Shown: positions 50,390-61,580, counted from the stretch's first letter. The stretch is 64,000 nucleotides of DNA from an uncultured bacterium (GCA_965372795.1 CBDVDR010000016.1:19119-83118), one strand, 5' to 3'. The notes: generated by a model from the sequence alone, not told the origin. Made by a program: numbers and translations.

Positions 50390-52069
50390 TTATTCTTTAT
50401 CTTTTCCAAAATATAGATTTATATTATTTTCAATGTGAACAATTTCTGAATTGTCCTTTAATTTAGTCAAATGTTCATCAAGAAGTTCATTAAAGATTTT
50501 CTGAAACATTATTTCACGAATTTTCATGTCTACTTCTTCAATTGGTTTTATTCCACCAGCCCTGCGATCTTTAATTTTAAATATCACATATCCTTCATTT
50601 GACTGTAAAGGCGCACTTGTTTGCCCAACTTGAAGATCTATTAATTCTTTTTGAATCTTCTCCGGGAAATTTATTAGTGTCATCCATTTATCTTCATCAG
50701 TTGTTTTCTCTGATGAAGCTTTATAACTTTTATAAATAAAACTCCATTGCGCCCCATCTTTTAAAGCGTTTGCCGCTTTATGAGATTGATTATGATCTGC
50801 AAGTAACATATCATCTAATAGAAATTCATCCGGTTTACGAAATTCTTCTAAATTAAGATTGTAATATTCCTGAAAATCATCTCTATTAAATGCAATCTTT
50901 GCAACGATCATTTCTTTTAAATACATTTCGATTAAAGTACTATCCATAGTATGGTAATACCACTCAATGACCCGAGCGCTGTCGATAAAACCATTTTGCA
51001 TAGCGGCATAAGTACTTAATAATTCTTCCTGCTTTTTATTTATCGAATTAAATAATATGACATCAAAGGGAGTCGTGCCGGCATTCATGAGGGAATGGGA
51101 GATTTCATTTCGTAATACATTGTCGGTTATAAAATATTCTTCATCAATTTTTAAAACAGGATTATCTGTGCCTTGTCGAAATTCCATTTTTAGTACATCA
51201 GCCTGGTCAGCTCTAATTTCTTCAATTATATTTGAATCAACAGTAACTGGGTATTTCTGAAGAAGATCCTGCATGAATTTAGTCCAGGCAACTTCTTTTC
51301 GTCCTTCGGTAAGCCGGTCAATAATTTTATCTTTGAAAGAATCAAATCTTTCACGGTTCGCTTCAAGCCTTTTCTCTAATTTTATAATTGAATAATTGTC
51401 CTGATATATTATTGGCTTTGAAAATTCTCCCACTTCCATTTTATCTGACTGGGTTAGCAATATTTTATCAACATTCATTTTGAAGGTTACCGAATGCAAA
51501 CCTTTTTTGAATCTTCTATGATCTACTGACCGCGCGGTAGCCAGGCTATCAAAGCTGTGACCTTGTGAAAGGAGTTCGTAAATTTCGTTAGCCTCATCCA
51601 AGGATGCCAATGAAATTGTTCGAAATTGGTAGCGAATTAAATTTGCCTCAAAGTAATCATCAATTTCCTGATCCGGTATAATAATTTCCGGTCTAAAATT
51701 ATGGGCGAGATATAGCTGTTGAATAACTTCTTTTCTTCGTTCATATAAGAGATCAACCAAATAATCGTTCTCATCCAAACCTAATGAGTAAGCTTCCTGA
51801 AGAATTAGCAGATCATTAATAGATTTAGTGAGTAATTTATCATAATCAAATGATTGCTTTTCTTCCATTGCCATGCTCTTGTGAGTTTTAATCAACAACT
51901 GGTCAATATTCTTACTTGTAATAGTGTCTCCATTTACAACAACTAAGGGATATGGCTGGTTTATGACTTCAACACTATTAGCATGGGCTGCTATAATAGT
52001 TAAAGCAGCGATTATAAATACTCCGGTTCTGACTAAAAATCTAATTTCTTTTTGCAAAATATTTCTCAC
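50390..52069 (-). CDS. SurA/PrsA-like peptidyl-prolyl isomerase chaperone
   Basis: VNGDTIT, FDSLATARSVD, VGEFSKP and VGQTSAP parvulin-like repeats. Confidence 0.75.
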   Translation of the reverse strand: MRNILQKEIRFLVRTGVFIIAALTIIAAHANSVEVINQPYPLVVVNGDTITSKNIDQLLIKTHKSMAMEEKQSFDYDKLLTKSINDLLILQEAYSLGLDENDYLVDLLYERRKEVIQQLYLAHNFRPEIIIPDQEIDDYFEANLIRYQFRTISLASLDEANEIYELLSQGHSFDSLATARSVDHRRFKKGLHSVTFKMNVDKILLTQSDKMEVGEFSKPIIYQDNYSIIKLEKRLEANRERFDSFKDKIIDRLTEGRKEVAWTKFMQDLLQKYPVTVDSNIIEEIRADQADVLKMEFRQGTDNPVLKIDEEYFITDNVLRNEISHSLMNAGTTPFDVILFNSINKKQEELLSTYAAMQNGFIDSARVIEWYYHTMDSTLIEMYLKEMIVAKIAFNRDDFQEYYNLNLEEFRKPDEFLLDDMLLADHNQSHKAANALKDGAQWSFIYKSYKASSEKTTDEDKWMTLINFPEKIQKELIDLQVGQTSAPLQSNEGYVIFKIKDRRAGGIKPIEEVDMKIREIMFQKIFNELLDEHLTKLKDNSEIVHIENNINLYFGKDKE

Positions 52070-53111
52070 TTTTTGATTCTAATTTATGTAAATATTTATC
52101 AAATGATTTTGCGATTAAATTCCCCATGGAATTAATTTTCCCAAACCCAAAAATAGTTTCCGAATCATTTCCTTTCCGACTATCATTAAACATTATAATG
52201 ATTCTCCCATTATCAGCATCCAATGCCCGAGCACCAATTTCTAATTCGGGCTGTCTAATACTCCGGGCAAGTTTAAAATGTTCAACAGATCCTGTTATTA
52301 ATAAATCAATATTTAATTCAGTATTAAATTGTTCAAGTGTTTTTAAATCAATTTCTCCTCTAAGAACCCGTTTATTTCTCAACATATATTCTTTTATTAT
52401 TCCGGGTTCGATTACTTTAAATCCTTTTCGGATTAGGTTTGAAAGCAGAATATTAGAAGTTATCAAACCGGCATATTTTTTCTCAGATATATTATCAAAG
52501 GGAACGATAGCAACAATATGTGATACGTTATTATCAATAGATAAATTGTTATAATTCTTCAATTTCTCAACTAGATTACTGAATAAATCATCGACAACTT
52601 TTTCAAGAAGCAGTTCTACAGAACCTATTTTATTCAATCCAAACATTTTCTCAAAATCAGATCCGGTTGCCGAAATGGTGCCAGCAGTAATTATCGACAA
52701 TTGATCGGTATCTATAATCCTAATCGAAATAGAAATCTCAGGATTTTTTTGGCTTTCATAAATATTTATCGAACCAAGAATAATTCTATTAATAATTGTA
52801 GATTTTTTAATGTTTAAAACATCTCTTCGATTTACTGAACCGATAGATCGAATTCTATATTTACGCAATACGGATCGAAGGTCAGCTTGTGGCACATATT
52901 TGAGATGGTGTTGTTCGAGTTGTTTATAAATTTGATGCATGACAGCAGCCGGAGCTTTAGAGCTTCCGGAGTAATTAGCAAACTGCAATACTGCGATAAC
53001 CGGCTCGGCGTTAGAAGCCTGTTCATTATTTATCTCTGCGGATACATAAGTACCGGCTGAAAATATAATTATGCCGCATAGCAGACAATATTTATAAAAT
53101 TTTGCAAACAT
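52041..53111 (-). CDS. Tandem CsgG/PelC/GNA1162-like domain protein
   Basis: Two IAV(L/I)xFxN domains. Confidence 0.65.
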   Translation of the reverse strand: MFAKFYKYCLLCGIIIFSAGTYVSAEINNEQASNAEPVIAVLQFANYSGSSKAPAAVMHQIYKQLEQHHLKYVPQADLRSVLRKYRIRSIGSVNRRDVLNIKKSTIINRIILGSINIYESQKNPEISISIRIIDTDQLSIITAGTISATGSDFEKMFGLNKIGSVELLLEKVVDDLFSNLVEKLKNYNNLSIDNNVSHIVAIVPFDNISEKKYAGLITSNILLSNLIRKGFKVIEPGIIKEYMLRNKRVLRGEIDLKTLEQFNTELNIDLLITGSVEHFKLARSIRQPELEIGARALDADNGRIIIMFNDSRKGNDSETIFGFGKINSMGNLIAKSFDKYLHKLESKSEKYFAKRN

Positions 53112-53690
53112 CTAACTAATCAAAGTCCTAACTATTTTCTTAACGCATCTTCTTGTAATTTCACTCATCGACTTATCTCTTCCACCGAAGATTGAATTCC
53201 AAAAACCTTTTCCACTCTGAGTATGAGTTGCTGACCAAATAGTTGCTCCTGTTTCTGTCTCAACCAGCCTGACAACCATAGTTACAACAGCATTCATCGA
53301 AGTTCCGCTTCTTTGAACGGTAGATTCACTGATCGTACCGAAAAATAAAGCCTGAACTTTCAATTCTTTTCCTATCTGAATAATCTGATCCTTAGTCAAA
53401 TCTGCCGTTCGGGTTGAGCCAGTCTTTTCAACTACTCTTTTAACCTCCCCCGGTTCAATCACTTCAAACGCCTCGGATGATAGTAATTCTGTTAGAAATA
53501 GTCTTGTTGCACGAAATGCCGCACCTTGGTCTTTTGATAAATTTTCAAAAGGGATTACAGCCACCCTTTCAACAAAACTAAAATTAAATTCAGGATGCAA
53601 AAAAACAGTTGTCCCAATGCCACCACATCCAAAATTTCCAACACTAAGTATCAAGACCGTTAAAAGTAAACCAATTTGTTTTATTTTCAT
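53112..53690 (-). CDS. CsgG/PelC/GNA1162-like lipoprotein
   Basis: Lipobox-like FGC, VAVIPFENLS, RLVETETGATIWS. Confidence 0.7.
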   Translation of the reverse strand: MKIKQIGLLLTVLILSVGNFGCGGIGTTVFLHPEFNFSFVERVAVIPFENLSKDQGAAFRATRLFLTELLSSEAFEVIEPGEVKRVVEKTGSTRTADLTKDQIIQIGKELKVQALFFGTISESTVQRSGTSMNAVVTMVVRLVETETGATIWSATHTQSGKGFWNSIFGGRDKSMSEITRRCVKKIVRTLIS

Positions 53691-53705
53691 CGAGCTACTC
53701 CACAT

Positions 53706-55817
53706 CTATAAACCTGATCTAAAACCAACCCTGACAGATTGATTTCTCTCTCCGGCTGCTTCAGTTAAGTCATTTATAAAATAACTGACATACAGGTTAG
53801 CATTTCTGCTTATTTTATAATTTAATTGAGTATTATACCGTTTTGTTATTGTCACATCATCATTATTCTGCAATTTCATTTGACTGCTTAGTGATAATTT
53901 ATTAGAAGGTTTCCAATTAATCATGTAATCTTGGGTGAAAAATGATCTTTCAGCATAATTCAAGTTAATTGAACCTCTGATAAAAATTGTTCTGGTCAGC
54001 CGGTAACGCATGCCTACTTGAACTTGATCTCGTGTTATCTCTTTAGTTAATCCATTAGGAAATTCAGTATCGACTGATTCAACATATCGATGCGAGTAAT
54101 TAATTGTTAAGGTAATTGATCTATTTAATACGCCATCCATTGAAATCTGGCCATTCCATGAATTAAATTTCTTCTTTGATAAATACTGAATATTATGTGA
54201 AAATGTAAAGTCTATTGACATATTAAGATTGTTTAAAGGGGACCCTTTGCTATTGAGCAATAAACTGCGATTATTGGTGTTTTTCTCGCCATCAATATAA
54301 TCCTCTTGAAGGCTTGAAGATACAGTAAATTCTAATCTTTCCAGAGGGTTTATGTGAATCAAATAAGATAAGCCATAACTTGATAGATCTAAGGCTGACC
54401 CGTTAAAAAATTGCATATCATGATTCAAACGGAAGTTGTGATTTATTAGATCTGAATGTTTATATCGGGTAGATAATGAATAACTAACATTGTCCCTGTT
54501 GCTTCTGTCGAACTGACCGGGAAGATGTTGATAAGAACCGCTAAATCCATAACTGGTTTTATCAGAATAGCGATAACTTGAATTGATATCAAAAATATGG
54601 GCTGAAGAATTTGTTTTAGAAAATTTTGATACTGATCGTTCTTCCATTGCCTGAATCTCTGTCACATAAGCGTGTTCAATATCACTCACTTCAATATTAA
54701 CAACTTTTATATACCGTGTCATTACTTCTTGAAATTTAATTTCAAAACGATTATAACCTTCATTGAAAATTACATCCGGCATGATGGTGTGTAGGTCCCA
54801 ATTGAGATTATCTGATGATACATAAACATACCAGGACAGCTTATCTGAATATTGATCGACATACAGATATAAAGCCCCAACTTCCTGATTAAATCCAAAA
54901 TCAACTCCAAGATTCTGATTGATAGAGATCCCCCCAACATCTATTAAAGGTTGGATCGGGTCCCGAAAGTTGCCATCACTCAAACCATGTATCTCAGTTA
55001 GTGAATCAAACGTATAATTACTTGTTGTACGATAAAGACCTGATAAAATCTGAATAACAAAATAATCGGTTGTGTCAGAAGGTCTTTCATCTGTTTGGGT
55101 TTGGTATGAAAATGAGTAATTTGATGAAACGATAACTTTATTTTCATAAAGACGTTTTACGTTAGTCAAATTAAATGTATGGGTGTACTGTGTTGATCTA
55201 AGATTATTGATTTGATTTTCATTGAACCGTCTTGCAAAACCATATCGCAATATACTGCTTTTATATGAATGATTCAATTCAGTCTGGAATCTATTCTCAT
55301 TCAAATTTTGAAGCGATAAATCGCTATGATTAAAGATATGATCCCGGTTAAATCTGATTGATAAGATCGGGTATTTTATTGACTTTGTTTTAAAATAAGA
55401 CGACCAGCTTTTTCTGTATAATTTTAAATTTTTAAGGGTTGCATCAGTAATTCGATGGGTGTTGCTGGTGCTAAAGGTAAAGTTTGAGTTATTCCAAACC
55501 AAATCAAGCGATGGTTGCTGTTCTTCATTCCAAATTGGATTTGAACTATTTTGGGTAAGATCTGATTTTGAATACCTGTACGAAGTTCTCAATGTTAGTT
55601 GCGAAAGAAAACTTTTCTGCCAGTTGAATGAATATTTCTGATTAAGCAATTCCTGAGTATTTTTATTTATTTCAGATTCACCATAAGATATATCCAAATT
55701 TCCGCTTATTCCCAATGGTAAACCTGCTTTTACAGAACCAATGCAGAAAAGCAAAAAGAAACTGCAGGTTATTATAGTAAAAATACTACTTCGATATGTA
55801 AATGATCTATTAATCAT
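53706..55817 (-). CDS. Outer-membrane beta-barrel protein with inserted discoidin-like domain
   Basis: Signal peptide, amphipathic beta strands, internal NLGVDFG...YVSSDNLNW...TRYIKVV. Confidence 0.65.
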   Translation of the reverse strand: MINRSFTYRSSIFTIITCSFFLLFCIGSVKAGLPLGISGNLDISYGESEINKNTQELLNQKYSFNWQKSFLSQLTLRTSYRYSKSDLTQNSSNPIWNEEQQPSLDLVWNNSNFTFSTSNTHRITDATLKNLKLYRKSWSSYFKTKSIKYPILSIRFNRDHIFNHSDLSLQNLNENRFQTELNHSYKSSILRYGFARRFNENQINNLRSTQYTHTFNLTNVKRLYENKVIVSSNYSFSYQTQTDERPSDTTDYFVIQILSGLYRTTSNYTFDSLTEIHGLSDGNFRDPIQPLIDVGGISINQNLGVDFGFNQEVGALYLYVDQYSDKLSWYVYVSSDNLNWDLHTIMPDVIFNEGYNRFEIKFQEVMTRYIKVVNIEVSDIEHAYVTEIQAMEERSVSKFSKTNSSAHIFDINSSYRYSDKTSYGFSGSYQHLPGQFDRSNRDNVSYSLSTRYKHSDLINHNFRLNHDMQFFNGSALDLSSYGLSYLIHINPLERLEFTVSSSLQEDYIDGEKNTNNRSLLLNSKGSPLNNLNMSIDFTFSHNIQYLSKKKFNSWNGQISMDGVLNRSITLTINYSHRYVESVDTEFPNGLTKEITRDQVQVGMRYRLTRTIFIRGSINLNYAERSFFTQDYMINWKPSNKLSLSSQMKLQNNDDVTITKRYNTQLNYKISRNANLYVSYFINDLTEAAGERNQSVRVGFRSGL

Positions 55818-55820
55818 TTG

Positions 55821-57242
55821 TTACCATGGCACCAGAGCCATAAACGGTTTTTTGCCAACGTTAACTTTTTTAATTATTTTTCCGCTGTTAATATTTATTA
55901 AAGCTAACTGATTTGATTTTGGGTAAGTTACAAATAAGAATCGATTATCAAAATCAAGGGTAATAAGCCCGGGAGTATTATCTAAGGCAAATCGGTTTAT
56001 TTCTTGTGAGGTCTCAATATGATAGACCGAAATTTCCCGGCAATCTCTTTGTGCGATAAAGAGTTTATCACCGTAGGAATTGATTTCCATACCGGTAACG
56101 ACTGAACAGAGATTATAACTGCTATTGAACGATCCGGTAATTTCATTATACGGTTGAACAAGCGGTCGATTTTCATCTGCTATAAAAAGATAATGAAGTT
56201 GGCTGCTAAATAGTAATTCTTGAGCAGAAGACACAGAAGTCAGTGACGAAATAATTCCCCTGCTAACCGGATCATAAATCAATATTTTATTCGAATAAGA
56301 ATTTGAAATATATACATATCCGGTGGAATCATTAATCGCGAGTCCAATCGGATTTTCACCCACATTGATACGAAAATCTTCCTGATAAGAAATGGCATTA
56401 ATAACTGATAAAGTGTTTGAACCATAATTCAAAACATATAAAAGATCATTATCAGGGGATAATAATATCCGTGAAGGTTGGTCTCCAAATTGCAGGCTGA
56501 TGTTATTTACGATCTCTTGAGTTAATACATCTATGACAGAGATATTATCAGAACCGGAGTTGCACACATACAATTGGGTATCGAATTGAGAATATGCCAA
56601 TCCTCGCGGTTGTTTCCCGGTTGAAATAACATTGCTGGTTCGATAAGTTTGTTGATTTATAATCGTTAAATTATCGGAACCCTCATTTGAAACAAAAAGG
56701 AAATTACCATGCACATCGGTTGGATCAGTCGAAATAACCAACTGCGGCGTATATATTTTAGCTTCGGAATCTATTTGGTGTACATCCCAACGGATATTTA
56801 TAAAGGTACACATATCATCATTCACCATAAATTCGTATTCAATCAATTGTCCTAAATCAGGATTACCGGTTATTACTTTAGCTCTACCGATATATCCGGA
56901 AATTTCATTATAATAAATTATAATTGAGCTATATAATCCTGATTTAAGATAACTGTCTACTAATCTAAACTGTTCGTTTGAGTTTTTTAACGATGAAATT
57001 TCACCTTGAATTGGAATAAAGGAGATTGAGGAGTTAGATGATTTTACTGCAATTGAATCAATCCGTAAGATTACTTCGTCTTCATTTTTCTCGGGCAGTT
57101 CAAAATATAAAGCCAGCTGTCCTTGGCTAACAATTTCATTTGAATGAACAGATGAAGTCATTATTCCAAATGTTAAACAGCATCCTGTTAACAAAGCAGC
57201 CAACTGTAAAACCGGGCGAAAAGTATTTCTTTGTAAAAACAT
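55821..57242 (-). CDS. YVTN/YncE-type beta-propeller protein
   Basis: FVSNEGSDNLTII, YVCNSGSDNISVID and YVLNYGSNTLSVI repeats. Confidence 0.82.
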   Translation of the reverse strand: MFLQRNTFRPVLQLAALLTGCCLTFGIMTSSVHSNEIVSQGQLALYFELPEKNEDEVILRIDSIAVKSSNSSISFIPIQGEISSLKNSNEQFRLVDSYLKSGLYSSIIIYYNEISGYIGRAKVITGNPDLGQLIEYEFMVNDDMCTFINIRWDVHQIDSEAKIYTPQLVISTDPTDVHGNFLFVSNEGSDNLTIINQQTYRTSNVISTGKQPRGLAYSQFDTQLYVCNSGSDNISVIDVLTQEIVNNISLQFGDQPSRILLSPDNDLLYVLNYGSNTLSVINAISYQEDFRINVGENPIGLAINDSTGYVYISNSYSNKILIYDPVSRGIISSLTSVSSAQELLFSSQLHYLFIADENRPLVQPYNEITGSFNSSYNLCSVVTGMEINSYGDKLFIAQRDCREISVYHIETSQEINRFALDNTPGLITLDFDNRFLFVTYPKSNQLALININSGKIIKKVNVGKKPFMALVPW

Positions 57243-57263
57243 TTTCCAAAACCTCTACTAGAT

Positions 57264-57295
57264 AAAAATCGCCCAGAAAACCTTCCCGGGCGATT
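57264..57295 (-). terminator. Intrinsic terminator/attenuator downstream of the OmcS-like gene
   Basis: aatcgccc...gggcgatt stem with a U-tract on the minus strand. Confidence 0.6.
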
Positions 57296-57352
57296 CATAA
57301 AAGATACTAGGTATGAAGTACATAGTCAATAATGACTAAGTAATTTTAAGCC

Positions 57353-58432
57353 TTATGGAGTTACTATGTGATCAAATGCATCTTTAGCATGACATTTGTT
57401 ACACAGTGAACGCTGGTTAGGGCTGCCATATGGATCCGGAATAGCATAAGAACCGGATTCAAGACCATCTTCTTCCAGTAATGTTACAGAGAAATCCCAA
57501 CGACCGGCATCAGGGGCTGATGAAGCGTGAGCGCGGTGACAGGATAAACACATAACCTGAGAACTGGCAGAAGGACCAGTAGTGCTGCTGGTTGTGTTGG
57601 CAGCATCATCAAATGGAACGTCAGCTAAATAAGATGTAGCTTGAACAGCACCAAGCATATCTTCGGTACCATTATATAAATTGTATGTACTGGCAATAGA
57701 ACCACCCATAGCCATACCGGATTTGTGAATTAGTTCGGTATTGTTGTTATGGAAATTACCATGACAGTTTCCACACCAGGCACTCATTCCACCCTGATAA
57801 GCAGTATGATTTGAGTTACTTTCAGAACCGAAGAAAATACTTATTCCCTGAGCTTCAGGAGCAGCATTGGCAAAAGTGTAAAGACCATCTTGTACTGAAC
57901 GATTAGCGCCATAAAGCATACGGAAATCATCTGTACCATGCGGATCGTGACAGGATGAACAACCAAGCTGACTAGCTGGGAAAGTTCCGCCCGGAGCAGT
58001 TAATAATGTTGCATCAGCGGCTACGCCTCTTGAAGGAGCAACAATATTGTGACCGGCAGCATCGCCAGGAACGGCGTGTGTCCAGGAACCATCATTGGCT
58101 GTATCACCACCACCATGGCCGTCATATAAATTATCTTCTAAAAGATAAGTGAAGTTGCCAGCACCTTTAAGCGGAGCTGGAGCCAGAGGATCAGCTGAGA
58201 ATACAGCGCCTAATCCTAAGGCATGGCATGAAAGACAAACGTCACTTGGTGTGGCGTCTTTTAACAACCAGGCGTTACCGTTTGGTGAATCAGGATCCAC
58301 CAAAGCACCGTCTTGGCTGTTATGCATGGTGTGGCAGCCATTACAATGGGCAACACCAGCATCGTGGAATGCAAATGAGGAGCCAGCTAATAAAAAGATG
58401 GTTCCAAAAACGAGCATCATAACCTTACGCAT
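57353..58432 (-). CDS. OmcS-like hexaheme cytochrome (nanowire subunit homologue)
   Basis: Mature N-terminus FHDAGVAHCNGCHTMHNS; six CxxCH; GHNIVAP, CSSCHDPHG, MSAWCGNCH, CLSCHRAHAS, QRSLCNKCHAKD. Confidence 0.88.
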   Translation of the reverse strand: MRKVMMLVFGTIFLLAGSSFAFHDAGVAHCNGCHTMHNSQDGALVDPDSPNGNAWLLKDATPSDVCLSCHALGLGAVFSADPLAPAPLKGAGNFTYLLEDNLYDGHGGGDTANDGSWTHAVPGDAAGHNIVAPSRGVAADATLLTAPGGTFPASQLGCSSCHDPHGTDDFRMLYGANRSVQDGLYTFANAAPEAQGISIFFGSESNSNHTAYQGGMSAWCGNCHGNFHNNNTELIHKSGMAMGGSIASTYNLYNGTEDMLGAVQATSYLADVPFDDAANTTSSTTGPSASSQVMCLSCHRAHASSAPDAGRWDFSVTLLEEDGLESGSYAIPDPYGSPNQRSLCNKCHAKDAFDHIVTP

Positions 58433-58539
58433 TTTTACCTCCAAATACATAGGTTAAAAGGTTAAAAGAGATAGTTTGTAAATAAGAAGCCTGTCTTATA
58501 AGATTTGAATTCTTATTTAAACACATATTTGTAAGTTGA

Positions 58540-59733
58540 TTAAAATACATCATCTAATTTTTCTATTTTATCAGTTATGAATTTAGGAATTTGACAAAGT
58601 TGAATTTTATTTTCAAATATTTGTCCGACATACACCTGGTTTTGAGTGTTTACTTCAAGTAAAGTCGGATGGTAGAACCAACCCGGAGACGATCCTTTAC
58701 CACCAAATTCACCAAGAAATTTTCCTTCAGGAGAAAAGCAAATTACATTTATACGATGCTTATCTAAAACCAATATCAAGTTGTCTTGTGTAATTTTGAC
58801 TTCGACGGGGAAATTAAGTTCGCCGACATTGTTTCCTCTTATGCCAAATGATTGGCTTATATTGCCATTTAGATCAAAGGCTTGAATCATTCCCATTGAG
58901 GAAACAGGGATATAGATTTTATCATTACTTATAGTAATGGAATTTATAATTATCGCTATTTGTGAAACCTCATCCTTACCAGAAAATATTTCAAATGAAT
59001 TAACAAAAATACCCTGGCTGTCGAATATGCAAACTTGAGATCCAACCTGATCATATACGTACAGATTATTATTGTCACTTATAGCAAGACATGTGAAATC
59101 AAATCCCCCTTCTTTAAAGCCATGGGGAATTGGAAATTGCTGAATAAACTGTCCATCAAAATCAAATTTGAAAATTCTGCGGCCGGCACGGGTGCTTCCT
59201 AATACATAAATAAAACCATTAGAATCAACAACGATGTTGACAGGCGAAGAAAAATGATCAGCACCATCAAATTCAAACTGAAAAACTCCCGAAGAATCAA
59301 AAATAATTACCCGATTTTTACCCGGATCAGCAACGAAGACTTCACCGTTTTGATTATCAATAAAAATATCAGAAGGTCTTAAAAAGTTATTATTGCTGCC
59401 TGGAGGCTCTAAACGCATAACAAATTCTGCCGGGACTGAAAGATTGCTCGAGAACGTAGATTGACTAGTCAATGTGAAACATATCACAAGCAATGTTAAA
59501 ATAGAGTTAAAGGCTAAATAACTACCATTTATGCTCCTGAAAGAATATATGGCTTTATGGGTATATGATCTGAATCTGTTGAAATAAGGGAACCGCCACA
59601 TACAGATCAAATAAGACATTATATGGTCTATATTAGTACTATTAGTATGATTAGAAAGCCTGCTGTCTTTATTGCTAACAGCCTTAAAGTGAAAATAATC
59701 ACTAACTCTCAATTGTTTACGCCAGAAAACCAT
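58540..59733 (-). CDS. NHL-repeat beta-propeller protein
   Basis: FVADPGKNRVIIFD, GELNFP, FGGKGSSPGWFYHP; true start probably downstream of the ORF start. Confidence 0.82.
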   Translation of the reverse strand: MVFWRKQLRVSDYFHFKAVSNKDSRLSNHTNSTNIDHIMSYLICMWRFPYFNRFRSYTHKAIYSFRSINGSYLAFNSILTLLVICFTLTSQSTFSSNLSVPAEFVMRLEPPGSNNNFLRPSDIFIDNQNGEVFVADPGKNRVIIFDSSGVFQFEFDGADHFSSPVNIVVDSNGFIYVLGSTRAGRRIFKFDFDGQFIQQFPIPHGFKEGGFDFTCLAISDNNNLYVYDQVGSQVCIFDSQGIFVNSFEIFSGKDEVSQIAIIINSITISNDKIYIPVSSMGMIQAFDLNGNISQSFGIRGNNVGELNFPVEVKITQDNLILVLDKHRINVICFSPEGKFLGEFGGKGSSPGWFYHPTLLEVNTQNQVYVGQIFENKIQLCQIPKFITDKIEKLDDVF

Positions 59734-59913
59734 TTAATTCCTTATCAATTCAAAAAGTAGTTAATTTCATTAATACACTACTATGTGAAATAATTAACAT
59801 ATTTATCATGAATTTGTCAAGGAAAATAGCATAAATAGGATAAAAAAAATGCTGTTTTGTAGAAATTATTTCCTACAAAATATAACTGTTATTGGGGTAG
59901 ATAGTTAACGTGT

Positions 59914-60711
59914 TTAACGTGTATCAGCAAGGCTAGTATTAGTGCTGATATGCTCATGACATCCATTACAAAAATCAAGCGGCTCTTCGAAATTAACCAA
60001 TAGATCGTCCTCTTCTGCTGACAGATTGTGACACGTCAGGCATTCAATGCGATTATCGAAGAGCTTAATCCTTGGATCAATTTCAAAACGGATACGATTC
60101 GTGCTATTTCCTTCCCCCGGAATTACATCAATTTCATAGGGATGGCTGGCATGGTTATTTATAACCGGCATGCTTGAATTATTTGAGGTCGAGGAATATG
60201 ATGAACCATGACAGAGCATACATCCTTGTGATAGAGACAGGCTCAAAATATTCTGAGAATTATTATGATAGAGAATTCTGGCATCACGGTGCCCTTCTGA
60301 TAGCAAGCTCAAGTTACTGGAAACACTGTGACAAGTATAACAGTGAATAGCACCTTGTTTGGATACTAAGTCATACTGGGTTTTAGTCTTCTCAATTATA
60401 AGATTATTAGAATTATGGAATGAGTGACAATCGGTGCATTGACGGGTTTTATCGTTGTGAAAGTTGTTATCGGAAATAAAGTTATCATCAAATAACTGAT
60501 TGTGACAGCTTATACACCTTTTATTTTCAAATTTCTTAATTTTACTCCCAAAAGAATGACAATTAGCACAAATAATATCTTCATGGGTGTGTTTTTCATT
60601 TCTATTTTCATCTGAATTAACTGAATCCACATAGAGACCAAACCAAAAGATACAGAGTACAAATATGAATACAATCCGTAAGGATCTCTTAAAAAGTAAA
60701 TTTTTTGCCAT
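59914..60711 (-). CDS. Multiheme cytochrome c, 7 CxxCH
   Basis: N-terminal TM/signal; 7 CxxCH counted. Confidence 0.88.
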   Translation of the reverse strand: MAKNLLFKRSLRIVFIFVLCIFWFGLYVDSVNSDENRNEKHTHEDIICANCHSFGSKIKKFENKRCISCHNQLFDDNFISDNNFHNDKTRQCTDCHSFHNSNNLIIEKTKTQYDLVSKQGAIHCYTCHSVSSNLSLLSEGHRDARILYHNNSQNILSLSLSQGCMLCHGSSYSSTSNNSSMPVINNHASHPYEIDVIPGEGNSTNRIRFEIDPRIKLFDNRIECLTCHNLSAEEDDLLVNFEEPLDFCNGCHEHISTNTSLADTR

Positions 60712-61094
60712 GCATGAATTATCGACAATAGAATCTTTGCATCTATATCTATAGGGCTATAAACCGCTCGACTTTATAAAATTGTACTTTTATAATGCAA
60801 AATATCAACAATCAGACTGTGCTATGACTTACCAATAAAATTAAGGAGACAGGTAACTTTAAACTGAATACTATTCTTGATTGAAAATATTCATATATCG
60901 CAATCACTCACGTGAAGTAGATCCTAATTCCCTATTCAGTTCTAACCACAACACAATTTTAATGAGAACCTGAATATTCTATCTATTAAACAAACAATGA
61001 TTATTGAAAATGTCATGTTTTGAGTTTGCTCTTATAGGATGAAAAACTTATGATGTAAACAAATAGTCCAATAACTAACTAATTAGGAAGCTCT

Positions 61095-61580
61095 ATGTAC
61101 AACAGCGAAGGAATGATTGAATTTCACAATCGAGCTCATCAGAGTCTTAAGAAACTGATAGAACATTGTAAACAGTTCAGTACCGAAGAATTAAGTAAAG
61201 AATTGAATGGATTTGGCTATCCAAGCTTGATTTTGCAGTTACACCATGTTATCGGTGGAGAGAAGTACTGGACAGGTGTTTTGCAAGGACGTATTGATGT
61301 TGATGATGACATTTCTCAATATTCTACAATTGAGAAAATAATGGACTATCGCCGTGAGGTTTATTTAATAACTGATAAATATCTACTTACTGCTTCTGAA
61401 AAGGAGCTTAACACAGCTCGTCCAATGATGACATGGGGAAACAAAGAAAAAGTTCTCATACCTGCTCATGTTTTTCTGCGTACACTAACTCATATTTATC
61501 ATCATCAAGGTCAGATTGCTGCAATTTGCAGACTTATGGGAAAGCCGATTGAACCAGGTTTGGATTATCCAATTACCTAA
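61095..61580 (+). CDS. DinB family protein
   Basis: LHHVIGGEKYW and THIYHHQGQI motifs. Confidence 0.85.
   Translation: MYNSEGMIEFHNRAHQSLKKLIEHCKQFSTEELSKELNGFGYPSLILQLHHVIGGEKYWTGVLQGRIDVDDDISQYSTIEKIMDYRREVYLITDKYLLTASEKELNTARPMMTWGNKEKVLIPAHVFLRTLTHIYHHQGQIAAICRLMGKPIEPGLDYPIT

Noticed and set aside
60936..60965. agttctaac similarity to the 32061 scar
   Set aside because: No tRNA-like cccgc end and no tail-like reading frame.
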